From NCBI GenBank assembly GCA_048886185.1, contig JBHLKY010000023.1, positions 30,923 through 62,922 of the forward strand: a stretch of 32,000 nt of DNA, given 5' to 3'. Shown here in pieces: positions 9,057-18,400 of the stretch. Origin of the DNA: Candidatus Hermodarchaeota archaeon (lineage in GTDB: Archaea > Asgardarchaeota > Heimdallarchaeia > Hodarchaeales > Hodarchaeaceae). Below the pieces are notes generated by a model. It made no database searches and had not been told where the DNA came from. It was given only the letters and a program-made list of their open reading frames with translations. Numbering within the stretch: position 1 is the stretch's first letter; the number at the start of each line of letters is the position of its first letter. Both the position numbers and the translations under genes were made by a program.

Positions 9057-9257
9057 TTATTCGACCTCTGCTAAAGAAGCGGGTGAACTTCCAGATTTCC
9101 ATTGGAGTTCTCGTTTGAGTAAATCTCGAATAGCCATTCGTATAGCTTCCGATCGCGAGCTATATACACCTGTCCGAACCAACTCATCTAACCCTTCCAA
9201 GTATGTATTGGGTGCCTTAAATGATATAAGTTTCATTTCTACTGCGCTCTTAATCAA
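9057..9257 (-). CDS. Ribbon-helix-helix (CopG/Arc/MetJ) regulator, CdrS-like
   Basis: MKLISFKAP...LDELVRTGVYSSRSEAIRMAIRDLL matches the archaeal RHH signature GxYxxRSEAIRxAhRDLL. Likely start is ATG 9236. Confidence 0.85.
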   Translation of the reverse strand: MIKSAVEMKLISFKAPNTYLEGLDELVRTGVYSSRSEAIRMAIRDLLKRELQWKSGSSPASLAEVE

Positions 9258-9548
9258 ATATTCGTTTGAAGAATATACATTTAGAGATGTAACTCGAGTT
9301 TAATCGGAAGCCTAACTTAAGTTTAAATTCCTTTGGCCTTTATAAGGAAATAATTTCCTGATTAAAAGGAGATGTTTTATGCTTTTTCCCAAAAAAGTAA
9401 GGGAATTAATATTCATAACTAATTTGAGTAGAACATAGAGGGCCGTACTTTAATATTCATTGTTATTTCGTTAGTTGCGAGAAAAAATCCTGCGTATCAA
9501 AAAGACAAATGCTTTAAATGGATTGAGAGCAGTTCTTAGATAAGGTGT

Positions 9549-9956
9549 TTGCATATGACCAATTCGTTCAATGAAGTTTCTGAACAATTAAAAGAAATTC
9601 AACAGAATCTCACACAAGCCGTAAATATTGTAAAAGAAGTTCCAACAAAGCTTAATCAGTTTCTTGGGGAAAAAAAGGATTTAGAAGAGCTAACTGAAAA
9701 GCTTAATCAGTTCAATACTGATCTTAAAAATCAAATCTCCACACTTGAACATAAGTTTTCCGAAGAACAAGCAGAATTTGAAAGAAAACTTGAATCTAAC
9801 GAAAATAAAATCGTTTCTCTACAACGAGAGCTTGATCTAACAAAAGATGATGTAATCAAGCTGCAGGCTCAATTAAAATCAAAGGATGACCGAATCAATA
9901 TATTAGAGAGTCAAAACAAGGAATTAACTGATTCATTAAGACAACAATCCCAATAA
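9549..9956 (+). CDS. Coiled-coil hypothetical protein
   Basis: Continuous heptad-like L/E/K/Q pattern over ~130 aa. A GGTG SD-like site at 9544-9547 favours ATG 9555. Confidence 0.7.
   Translation: MHMTNSFNEVSEQLKEIQQNLTQAVNIVKEVPTKLNQFLGEKKDLEELTEKLNQFNTDLKNQISTLEHKFSEEQAEFERKLESNENKIVSLQRELDLTKDDVIKLQAQLKSKDDRINILESQNKELTDSLRQQSQ
9647..9712 (+). repeat. 15-bp direct repeat inside the coiled-coil gene
   Basis: AAAGCTTAATCAGTT at 9647-9661 and 9698-9712 (51-bp period), encoding KLNQF twice. Confidence 0.75.
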
Positions 9957-9978
9957 ATTCTTAATAATTCAAAATTGG

Positions 9979-10728
9979 GTGCCTATAAGTTTGAAAGTGG
10001 CCTTCATTTCGGATATACACGGAAATTTGGAAGCCCTTTCCACAGTCATTAAAGATATCAATAATAATGATGAAATAGAATTAATCTGTTGTACTGGGGA
10101 CATTGTGGGATACTATCCACATCCTAAAGAATGTATTGACATAGTACGAAAAAACTGCCACCATATTATTCGTGGAAATCATGATGAGGTTGTTACTGAT
10201 AAGAACTTTAAAGAGAAGAAATCATGGTTTAATCCAATTGCCGCTGATTCTCTAACTTGGACTCGCGAAAAATTATTAGAATCTGATGCTGCAAGCCACT
10301 TCCATTATCTTGAGTCTTTACCTGATAGTAAAGAGGTTATTTTTGAGGGAAGAAAAGTTTTACTTGCGCATGGAACGCCTGAAAAAAAATGGGAATATTT
10401 TCTTTTTCCTTATTGGCTTGGGGAACCCCTTCCTGAACAAAAAGTACAAATCAATGAGTGGTTAAAAAAATGGGAGTTAGTTATTATTGGTCATACTCAT
10501 CAACCTTTTATCTATAAGCATCGGAAAAAAGTCGTGGTGAACCCTGGGAGTGTGGGACAATCTCGTGATGGGGTACCAAAAGCAAGCTATGCATTAGTAG
10601 ATATTACTAATTCAAGAATTGACGCAGAAATCATCCGTCTTGATTACAATATCAAAAATACTTGTGAGGCTCTTATTCAAGCCAAGTTGCATGAACATCT
10701 GTGTTTAAGGTTGTTGACAGGAAATTAA
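9979..10728 (+). CDS. Calcineurin-like metallophosphoesterase (YfcE/MJ0912-like)
   Basis: All metal motifs present: SDIHGN, GDIVGY, GNHD, AHG, GHTH, plus NPGSVGQ. Confidence 0.92.
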   Translation: MPISLKVAFISDIHGNLEALSTVIKDINNNDEIELICCTGDIVGYYPHPKECIDIVRKNCHHIIRGNHDEVVTDKNFKEKKSWFNPIAADSLTWTREKLLESDAASHFHYLESLPDSKEVIFEGRKVLLAHGTPEKKWEYFLFPYWLGEPLPEQKVQINEWLKKWELVIIGHTHQPFIYKHRKKVVVNPGSVGQSRDGVPKASYALVDITNSRIDAEIIRLDYNIKNTCEALIQAKLHEHLCLRLLTGN

Positions 10729-10882
10729 AGGTATATTACCTATCTTTAATCTTTCACAATCGCACACGAAACTGAATGTGGGATTAGGAAAACTCCTTTT
10801 TATGAAAATAAAGAGTTTTTACTCAAGTGATTTTTGTCTGAAAAAGGTATTTTCTTTAGAAAAAACTTAAAAGTCATTTTGT

Positions 10883-10895
10883 CGAAATTTATACA
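10883..10895 (+). promoter_or_regulatory. Candidate BRE/TATA for the topoisomerase cluster
   Basis: cgaaa followed by TTTATACA about 90 bp upstream of the gyrB start. The region is very AT-rich, so alternatives exist. Confidence 0.25.
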
Positions 10896-10983
10896 TAATA
10901 AAGTTGAATTTCTTTACTTTGGATTAATCAAATAATGAAATTTTATCACATTTTTTTAAACTAGAGTCATTCGGTGTCAGATT

Positions 10984-12963
10984 TTGTCTGGAAATTATGA
11001 TGCAAGTAGTATACAGGTTCTAGAAGGCTTAGAGGCCGTTCGTCGTCGTCCAGCGATGTATATCGGTAGTATTGATGAAAATGGGCTTCTTCATTTAGTG
11101 TGGGAAATCGTGGATAACTCGATTGATGAAGCAATGGCTGGTGCGTGTGACCAGATCAAAGTCATCCTAGGTCAAACAGAACATGGTTTTGAATCTGTTA
11201 CTGTTCAGGATAATGGTCGTGGGATTCCCACGGAACCACACCCCGATTATAACATGTCATCCTTGGAATTAGTCACAACTCGTCTTCATTCTGGTGGGAA
11301 GTTCGATCACACGTCATACAAAGTCAGTGGTGGATTACATGGAGTCGGAATTGCTGTAGTAAATGCACTATCTAGTTGGATGCAAGTTAAAGTTAGAAGA
11401 AATAACGGACCGGTGCTAATGCAAGAGTATGTTAGGGGAGAAACAATCTCTCATGGATTAATCAAATTAAAAGAAAGATGGAAAGATCATAGTGGGACAC
11501 ATATATCATTTATTCCTGATCGTGAAATCTTCGAGACTGTTCACTTCGATATTTTACCTATCCGGAATCGGCTTCGTGAACTGGCGTTTCTGAATAAAGG
11601 GCTCGTTATTACTTTAATTGATAATCGAAAGCCATCAAGCGAAACAATTGTCAAGTTAGATGAGTCTTTTGAAAAAGAAAAGGAAAATACTTGGACCTTC
11701 CATTATGATGGTGGGATCCAAGCCTATGTTGAACAATTAGGAAGAAATCGAATACATGATGACATTCCTTATTTTGATGAAACTATTGAAACCACCCAAG
11801 TAGAAGTATCGTTAGCTTATGATAGATCTGAACGTGAATTAGTTTACACTTTTACAAATAACATCAATACCCGACATGGAGGGACTCATTTATCAGGATT
11901 TAAATCAGGTTTGACCAGAGCAATCAATGCCTATGTCCTGAAAAATGAACATTTAGTTAGGAATACACATTTGCGAAAAAATCTAAAGGAAAAAAGGTCA
12001 ATTTTTTCAGGAAATGACGTTCGTGAGGGATTAATTGCTGTTGTTTCTGTAAAAGTCATGAATCCACAGTTTGAGGGGCAAACGAAGAGTAAATTAGGTA
12101 ATAGTGAAGTCAAGGGAGTCGTAGAACGCTGTAGCTATGAAAATATATTGAAATTCCTTGAGGAACATCCCACCAGTGCCAAAGAAATAATCGATAAATG
12201 TGAACAAGCCGCTACAATTCGGATGAAATACAGGCAAATTCGTGAAGCTGTTAAGAAAACTCAAGCGAAAGGTACAGGAAAACTTGTCGATTGTTCGGAA
12301 TCTGATCCAGCAAAACGGGAACTGTTCTTGGTAGAAGGTGATTCAGCAGGGGGTAGTGCTATCGAAGGGAGATGGAGTGAATTCCAAGCCATCCTGCCAT
12401 TAAGGGGGAAAGTGATAAATGTTGAAAAAGCACGTTTGGAAAAAGCAATGAGAAACAAGGAAATACTTGAAATCATTCGCTCTATTGGTGCAGGATATCG
12501 GGAAACCTTTGAAATCGAAAAAGTTCGGTATCACAAAGTAATATTGCTCATGGATGCCGATATTGATGGTCATCATATTGTTTGTTTACTCCTAACGTTT
12601 TTCTTCCGCTATATGCCCGAACTGATTGATGAGGGTTATTTGTATGTAGCACAACCTCCTCTTTATCGAATTAAAAAAGGTAATAAGGAGCAATATGTCC
12701 TTACTGATCAGGAAAGAGATGATATTGTTAACGAATGGGGAGGAAATGTTGAAATTAGTCGTTTTAAGGGATTGGGGGAAATGAATCCAATACAGCTAAG
12801 AGAAACTGTCATGGATCCTTCAAAACGTACTCTTCTTCAAGTCACACGAGAAAATATCATTGAAGCTGAACGAATCTTTGTAACTTTGATGGGTGATGAA
12901 GTGAGACCCAGGCGAGAATTTATCCAAACGCATGCATTAGAGGTAGAAAATTTAGATATTTAG
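10984..12963 (+). CDS. gyrB: DNA gyrase subunit B
   Basis: EAVRRRPAMYIG, EIVDNSIDE, DNGRGIP, HSGGKF, GGLHGVG, FEGQTK, EGDSAGG, PLRGK, DADIDG, RFKGLGEMN. Short (659 aa) form without the E. coli-type insert. Confidence 0.97.
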   Translation: MSGNYDASSIQVLEGLEAVRRRPAMYIGSIDENGLLHLVWEIVDNSIDEAMAGACDQIKVILGQTEHGFESVTVQDNGRGIPTEPHPDYNMSSLELVTTRLHSGGKFDHTSYKVSGGLHGVGIAVVNALSSWMQVKVRRNNGPVLMQEYVRGETISHGLIKLKERWKDHSGTHISFIPDREIFETVHFDILPIRNRLRELAFLNKGLVITLIDNRKPSSETIVKLDESFEKEKENTWTFHYDGGIQAYVEQLGRNRIHDDIPYFDETIETTQVEVSLAYDRSERELVYTFTNNINTRHGGTHLSGFKSGLTRAINAYVLKNEHLVRNTHLRKNLKEKRSIFSGNDVREGLIAVVSVKVMNPQFEGQTKSKLGNSEVKGVVERCSYENILKFLEEHPTSAKEIIDKCEQAATIRMKYRQIREAVKKTQAKGTGKLVDCSESDPAKRELFLVEGDSAGGSAIEGRWSEFQAILPLRGKVINVEKARLEKAMRNKEILEIIRSIGAGYRETFEIEKVRYHKVILLMDADIDGHHIVCLLLTFFFRYMPELIDEGYLYVAQPPLYRIKKGNKEQYVLTDQERDDIVNEWGGNVEISRFKGLGEMNPIQLRETVMDPSKRTLLQVTRENIIEAERIFVTLMGDEVRPRREFIQTHALEVENLDI

Positions 12964-12978
12964 ACATCAGAGGTAGAA

Positions 12979-15477
12979 TTGAAGATGAGTAGTAGTATTA
13001 AACTGACTCCTATCGAACTAACTATGTCAAAGAGCTATTTAGAATATTCAATGTCGGTTATTACTAGTAGAGCCTTGCCACATGTACGAGATGGACTTAA
13101 ACCTGTCCATAGACGAATTTTGTGGTCAATGCACAATTTAGGGTTAGTCCATAACAGACCACCACGGAAATGTGCTCGCACAATAGGTGAGACCCATGCA
13201 AAATACCATCCCCATGGAGAAGCAGCAATATATGATGCCTTAGTAAGGATGGCACAAGAATTTTCTTTTCGCTACCCTCTGATCCTGGGCCAGGGTAACT
13301 TTGGGAGTATGGACGGCCAACCCCCAGCAGCTCAACGCTATACAGAAGCTCGTATGGCAAAAATCACTAGTGAAATTCTAAAAGATATTGAAAAAGATAC
13401 CGTTGATTTTGTAGACAACTTTGATGGATTAGACAAAGAACCTATCATTCTTCCAGCTAGAATTCCTAATCTTCTAATCAATGGAGTAATGGGAATCGCT
13501 GTTGGAATGGCAACATCTATGCCTCCTCATAACCTAACTGAAGTATTAAATGGAGTTATTGCCACAATTAAAAATCCTGAAATTAGTACAGAACAGTTAA
13601 TGAAACATATTCCTGGTCCTGATTTCCCCACTGGTGGGGTCATTTTTGGTACCTCAGGTATTAAGCGGGCTTACCACACTGGTAGTGGAAATGTTATTTT
13701 ACGAGCGAAGTATGAAATTGTTGAGAAGAAAAATAAAACTCAGATTGTCATCACAGAGGTACCTTTTCTTGTTAAACGTCAAGATACGATCGAACACAGA
13801 GGATTAGTTGATATTATTGAACAGATGAAGGAATCTGGCAAGCTTCCAGAAATTGGTTCAATAAAAAATGAGTCTAATATTATTCATGGCACTAGAATTG
13901 TGATCAATTTAAAAAAAACTGCTAATTTGGATATTGTGCTAAATCGGCTGTTTAAGTATACTCCAATGCAAATTTCATACTCTATTAAGAATATGGTGCT
14001 TGTAGATGCTCGTGTGGGTACCGAAACTCGATTTCGGCCTAAGAAATTGAATCTGAAGGGATTGATTAACCAGTTTATTGATCATCGATATGAAATAGTA
14101 GTTCGTCGGACAGAATATGAGCTGAAGAAAGCTCAAGAACGAGCACATATTCTCGAAGGAAGGAAAATAGTAGTAGAAAATCTAGATGAAATAATTTCAA
14201 TTATAAGAGCATCCGAGACGGCAGCAGAGGCCCAATCTTCATTAATATCACGTTTTTCTCTTTCAGAGATTCAAGCTAAAGATATTCTCTCACTTCCTTT
14301 GAGGAGTTTAACTCGTTTTGATCGTCAAAAAATAATTAAAGAATATGAGGATGTTTTAAAAGCCATTAAAGATTATAAAGAGATCTTAGATAGTCGTGAT
14401 CGTATTTTTGATATTATTATTGAAGAAATAGAGGAAATTAAAAGTAAATACGGTGATGAACGTCGTACAACGATTCTAAGGGATGATTCTGAAGGATTTC
14501 AAGATTGGACTGGTAAAACTGAGGAAGATTTTATATCAGAGGAAGATATTGTTATTACACTAACTCAAAATGGCTACATTAAATCCATTCCAGCTGAAAC
14601 CTATAAAGCTCAACATCGTGGAGGAAAAGGAATAAAATCAATGGAAATTGGGAAAGATGATTTTTTGAAAGAGATGATTGTTGCTTCTACTCACGATACT
14701 ATCCTCTTTTTCACAGTCAATGGGAAAGTATATAGCGTTCGTGGATACCAAATTCCACTTTCCAAACAACGTGTTACAAAAGGAATTAATATTGTCAATC
14801 TAATTCGAAAAGAAACTGATGATGAGATTGAAACCATGATTTCAGTATCTAATTTCGATGAAGAACACTTTTTGGTATTGGCTACTAAAAACGGGCTGAT
14901 CAAAAAAACCACACTAACTGATTACGCAAACATACGAACTACTGGGATTATAGCGATTCAACTTAGAGATCAAGATATGATTGTTGGTGTTAAAGTTACT
15001 GATGGAACTAAGGATATCGTGCTAGCTACACAGAAAGGGAAAGCAATACGTTTTCCTGAGAACCAAGTACGCGCTGTTGGGAGAAGTAGTATTGGAGTCT
15101 TAGGGATTCGACTAAGAGAGGATGATTTTGTTGTCGATATGGCGATTGTTGACGAAAAAAAGACATTATTAACAGTATGCGCGAATGGATTTGGAAAACG
15201 AACAAAGTTCAATCAATACCGAATTACTCGTCGAAACGGAAAAGGTGTGATTAACATCAAAACCAAAAAAGGAAACGGTGACGTCATTGCGGTACGAACT
15301 GTAGCGGAGACCGATTACCTCATGCTAGTTGCTAGTGATGGGAAATTAATACAAATACCAATAAGAGATATTAGAACAATTGGTAGATCCACGTCTGGGG
15401 TGACTTTGATGAGGCTAGACAAACAGAAAGGAGTCACAATTACCTCTCTTGCTATTTTAATAGAGGATAAATCTTAA
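12979..15477 (+). CDS. gyrA: DNA gyrase subunit A
   Basis: RDGLKPVHRR, YHPHG, catalytic AQRY(121)TEAR (13339-13341), GIAVGMAT, GyrA-box QHRGGKG and beta-pinwheel blade repeats. Start is TTG 12979 or ATG 12985. Confidence 0.97.
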   Translation: MKMSSSIKLTPIELTMSKSYLEYSMSVITSRALPHVRDGLKPVHRRILWSMHNLGLVHNRPPRKCARTIGETHAKYHPHGEAAIYDALVRMAQEFSFRYPLILGQGNFGSMDGQPPAAQRYTEARMAKITSEILKDIEKDTVDFVDNFDGLDKEPIILPARIPNLLINGVMGIAVGMATSMPPHNLTEVLNGVIATIKNPEISTEQLMKHIPGPDFPTGGVIFGTSGIKRAYHTGSGNVILRAKYEIVEKKNKTQIVITEVPFLVKRQDTIEHRGLVDIIEQMKESGKLPEIGSIKNESNIIHGTRIVINLKKTANLDIVLNRLFKYTPMQISYSIKNMVLVDARVGTETRFRPKKLNLKGLINQFIDHRYEIVVRRTEYELKKAQERAHILEGRKIVVENLDEIISIIRASETAAEAQSSLISRFSLSEIQAKDILSLPLRSLTRFDRQKIIKEYEDVLKAIKDYKEILDSRDRIFDIIIEEIEEIKSKYGDERRTTILRDDSEGFQDWTGKTEEDFISEEDIVITLTQNGYIKSIPAETYKAQHRGGKGIKSMEIGKDDFLKEMIVASTHDTILFFTVNGKVYSVRGYQIPLSKQRVTKGINIVNLIRKETDDEIETMISVSNFDEEHFLVLATKNGLIKKTTLTDYANIRTTGIIAIQLRDQDMIVGVKVTDGTKDIVLATQKGKAIRFPENQVRAVGRSSIGVLGIRLREDDFVVDMAIVDEKKTLLTVCANGFGKRTKFNQYRITRRNGKGVINIKTKKGNGDVIAVRTVAETDYLMLVASDGKLIQIPIRDIRTIGRSTSGVTLMRLDKQKGVTITSLAILIEDKS

Positions 15478-15493
15478 TAGGTGGGAAAATATC

Positions 15494-18400
15494 ATGACTA
15501 AGGCTGCGAAAACAACTAAAAAAGAAAATATTACTGAAGAGAAAGTCGTGCGAAGATCTGCAGCTGATTTTTTTCAAGATAATAAAGCAATTGCTGGTTT
15601 TGACAATACCATGCGCGTTGTGTTTACCAGTGTGCGAGAATTAGTTGAAAATGGACTTGATGCAGCTGAAAGAATTGGAAATTTACCAGAATTACACATA
15701 ACAATACAACGGTTGGAAAAAGAAGATATCGCTAGATTATTAAGCATTAGTAAGTTTGATTCAGCAGAAAAAATTGATTTCATTCGATTAACTGTCCGTG
15801 ATAATGGGAGTGGTGTTCAAAGCGAATTTGTACCCCCTTTATTCGGGAGGGTTTTAACAGGTAGTAACTATGGAGCCCGACAATCTCGTGGTCGTTTTGG
15901 CCTTGGTGCGAAGATGGTGTTATTAAATGCCATGTCATCTGTTGACCTCCCTCTTGTCATAAAATCAAAGTATATCAATGAAGACTTTACTAGCTATTAT
16001 GAGCTAATGATAAATTTAGCCGAGAATGAGCCGATAATATTAACTCAAAGAGAAATCCCTCAAGAAACTGCTGAAGCAATCCCCAATTCGGGCACAGAAG
16101 TAAATGTAACTTTTACTGGTTCTTGGAACCTTGCCTCTCGTTGGATTCGTGAATATTTTTCCCAATTAAGTTTGATTACCCCGTATTCTAGCTTTTACGT
16201 TCAATACCCTGATATTGATGAACCAATAGAAATGAAAAGAGTCGTCGAGGAGATGCCTGCATATCCACAGATCGCAAAGGTGCATCCTTGGGGAACTGAC
16301 ATTACTCAATTTAAGCGTGAGCTAGCAGTAACGAGAAGTAAAACCATGGAAACCTTTCTCCAAGATCACTTCCAAGGCATTGGGCCTAAAACAGCTCAGG
16401 AATTCTTAGATTTTGTTAAAATAGATCAAAATAAATCTCCCAACGATCTTTCTGCAAGCGATATTAGGCGAATAATTCACGAAGGGTTTGTGATGCCCGA
16501 TTCTGACCCTAAAAAGCGTCGTGAACAAAAATACTTTCCATTCAGGAGACCAAGTGGCGATTCTCTCTCACCACTAGGTTCAGAATTATTAGCAAAAGGG
16601 ATTGAGAAAGAACTGAATCCACAATTTGTCCGCTCAGCTGCAGGAGAAATTTCAGCTTATTCTGGGCATCCTTTCATCGTCGAGGTAGCCCTAGCTTATG
16701 GAGGGCCAATACTTTCCAGCGAATCTGGCAATCCGAAAATTTATCGATTTGCAAATCGAATTCCGTTATTATTTGGAGCAGGAAATGACATAATCACGAA
16801 ATGTGTTCAAAAAATGAATTGGAAAGCTTACAAAATCAATATCAATAAATCACCTATCGCTATTGTTGTTTCAGTTGTTTCCTCAAAAATTCCTTTTCCA
16901 GAAACTAGTAAAGAGTATATTGCTGATGTTGACGAGCTTCGAAAGGAAATAATGCGAGTATTGAAAAAATTAGCTAGAGGATTAAGTCAACACTTAGGAC
17001 GAGCTGAACGAGAGCGTCGGGAGAAACAAAGACAATCCCGATTTGAGAGCGCAGCTCCCAAAGTACTTCAGAATCTGTCAAAAATATTGGAAGTTACCCA
17101 AACTCCTTTCCTTTTACAGTCTTCTGAGGAGATATCAAAACTAGAAAAAGCCCTTGCTTCAGCAGTTCCCAGATTAGTTCGACGTACTTTTCCTCCCAGT
17201 CCTTTGATCTCGTCTATTGGGGAGTGGTTACCAATGGAGACTTATGTAACTCTTGTTGAACATAATATTCAAACAATCTACCAATTTTTACGAGCTCCTG
17301 TAGCAGAATTAAGTGATATTACAGGCCTAGCAGAAAATAGAATAGCAGAAATCAAACGTGCAACAGTTACTAGTCAAGAAAGGTCAAATTATGCCCCTTC
17401 TATGCGAGAATTCGAATTATTTTCCAAATCTATTGAAGATGATTATAGTAAATATCGTGATTCATTACGTATTCACAAAGCATTGAATAAACGGTGGATT
17501 GTATCTTCTTTGGATTTTTTTGCAACCCCGATACCCCAATTGCGCTTGGTTGAAAGTTTTCCTGAGAAACTTCTATATGAGGCAAAACAAAGAGCAATCG
17601 ATAAACATCTAGCGAATAATCCTGTAAGCGATTTCAGTTTACAATTACTTCCATGGATAACTGAAGATTTGGAGAAAAATCTTAAGTCAGCTAAAATTCA
17701 CAATATTCTAGATTATATAATTGCATTTCCAGAAAAGCTGGCACAAATACCAAACTTATCAATCCGATTACTTGAATCTGTAAAAAAGGAAATCAAAGAT
17801 GGGATTACTCAAGGGTATATAGACCCTGAGAAAGTAATTGGAGCCGCTACATTTGATTGGATGGATTATCGTGTCACCCCACGTTTACGAGGGAGAAATA
17901 TATCAAAAATAAGAGAATTTATGGAAACTCCAAATGAAAAATTAGCAGATATATCGGAACTTTCTGAAAATTTAATTCTCCGTTCAAAAAAGATTCATAA
18001 TGAAGTACTAGTACAATTAAATGAGGAAAAACCCTTCTTAAAAGTGACAGCTCTCCAAGAATCAATGATATCAGACCTGGAACGGCTGGAAATTAATGGC
18101 TTCATTGATTTTCTCTTAGCTGAAGAAAAGGATCTACAAATAATTCGTGACTTAATATCACACCTTATCTCATTGAAACAGGATGAAGTCCAAGAACAGA
18201 TTGAACAAGAACATGAAATCTTTCCTACGAAGGCTGCTTGGTGGCTTGATTCAGAACTAGAGGTCCAGTTAAAGGATTTAGGTATTCAAACAGTGTACGA
18301 TTTTGTACGTTGTCCTTCTTCAAGATTATTACAGTTAAAAAAGTTAGACCCAAAAATACTAGAAACTATTAAAAAAACATATGGAACTCCTATTCCCCTT

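Noticed and set aside
8831-9303. + strand ORFs 8831-9118 and 9115-9303
   Set aside because: They overlap the RHH gene on the opposite strand or AT-rich intergenic DNA, with no motifs or convincing start context.
9549-9956. CdvA, ESCRT-III, prefoldin or SMC-fragment call for the coiled-coil protein
   Set aside because: Only generic heptads are visible, with no PRC-barrel, beta-hairpin or ATPase motifs.
9979-10728. Vps29 (retromer) call for the metallophosphoesterase
   Set aside because: It has a full DxH/GD/GNHD/H/GHTH metal set and the NPGSVGQ-x-RDG pattern of general YfcE/MJ0912-like phosphoesterases; nothing specific to Vps29 was recognised.
10984-15477. Topoisomerase IV (parE/parC) assignment
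   Set aside because: The A subunit has a GyrA-box (QHRGGKG) and a full-length pinwheel CTD, which indicates gyrase.
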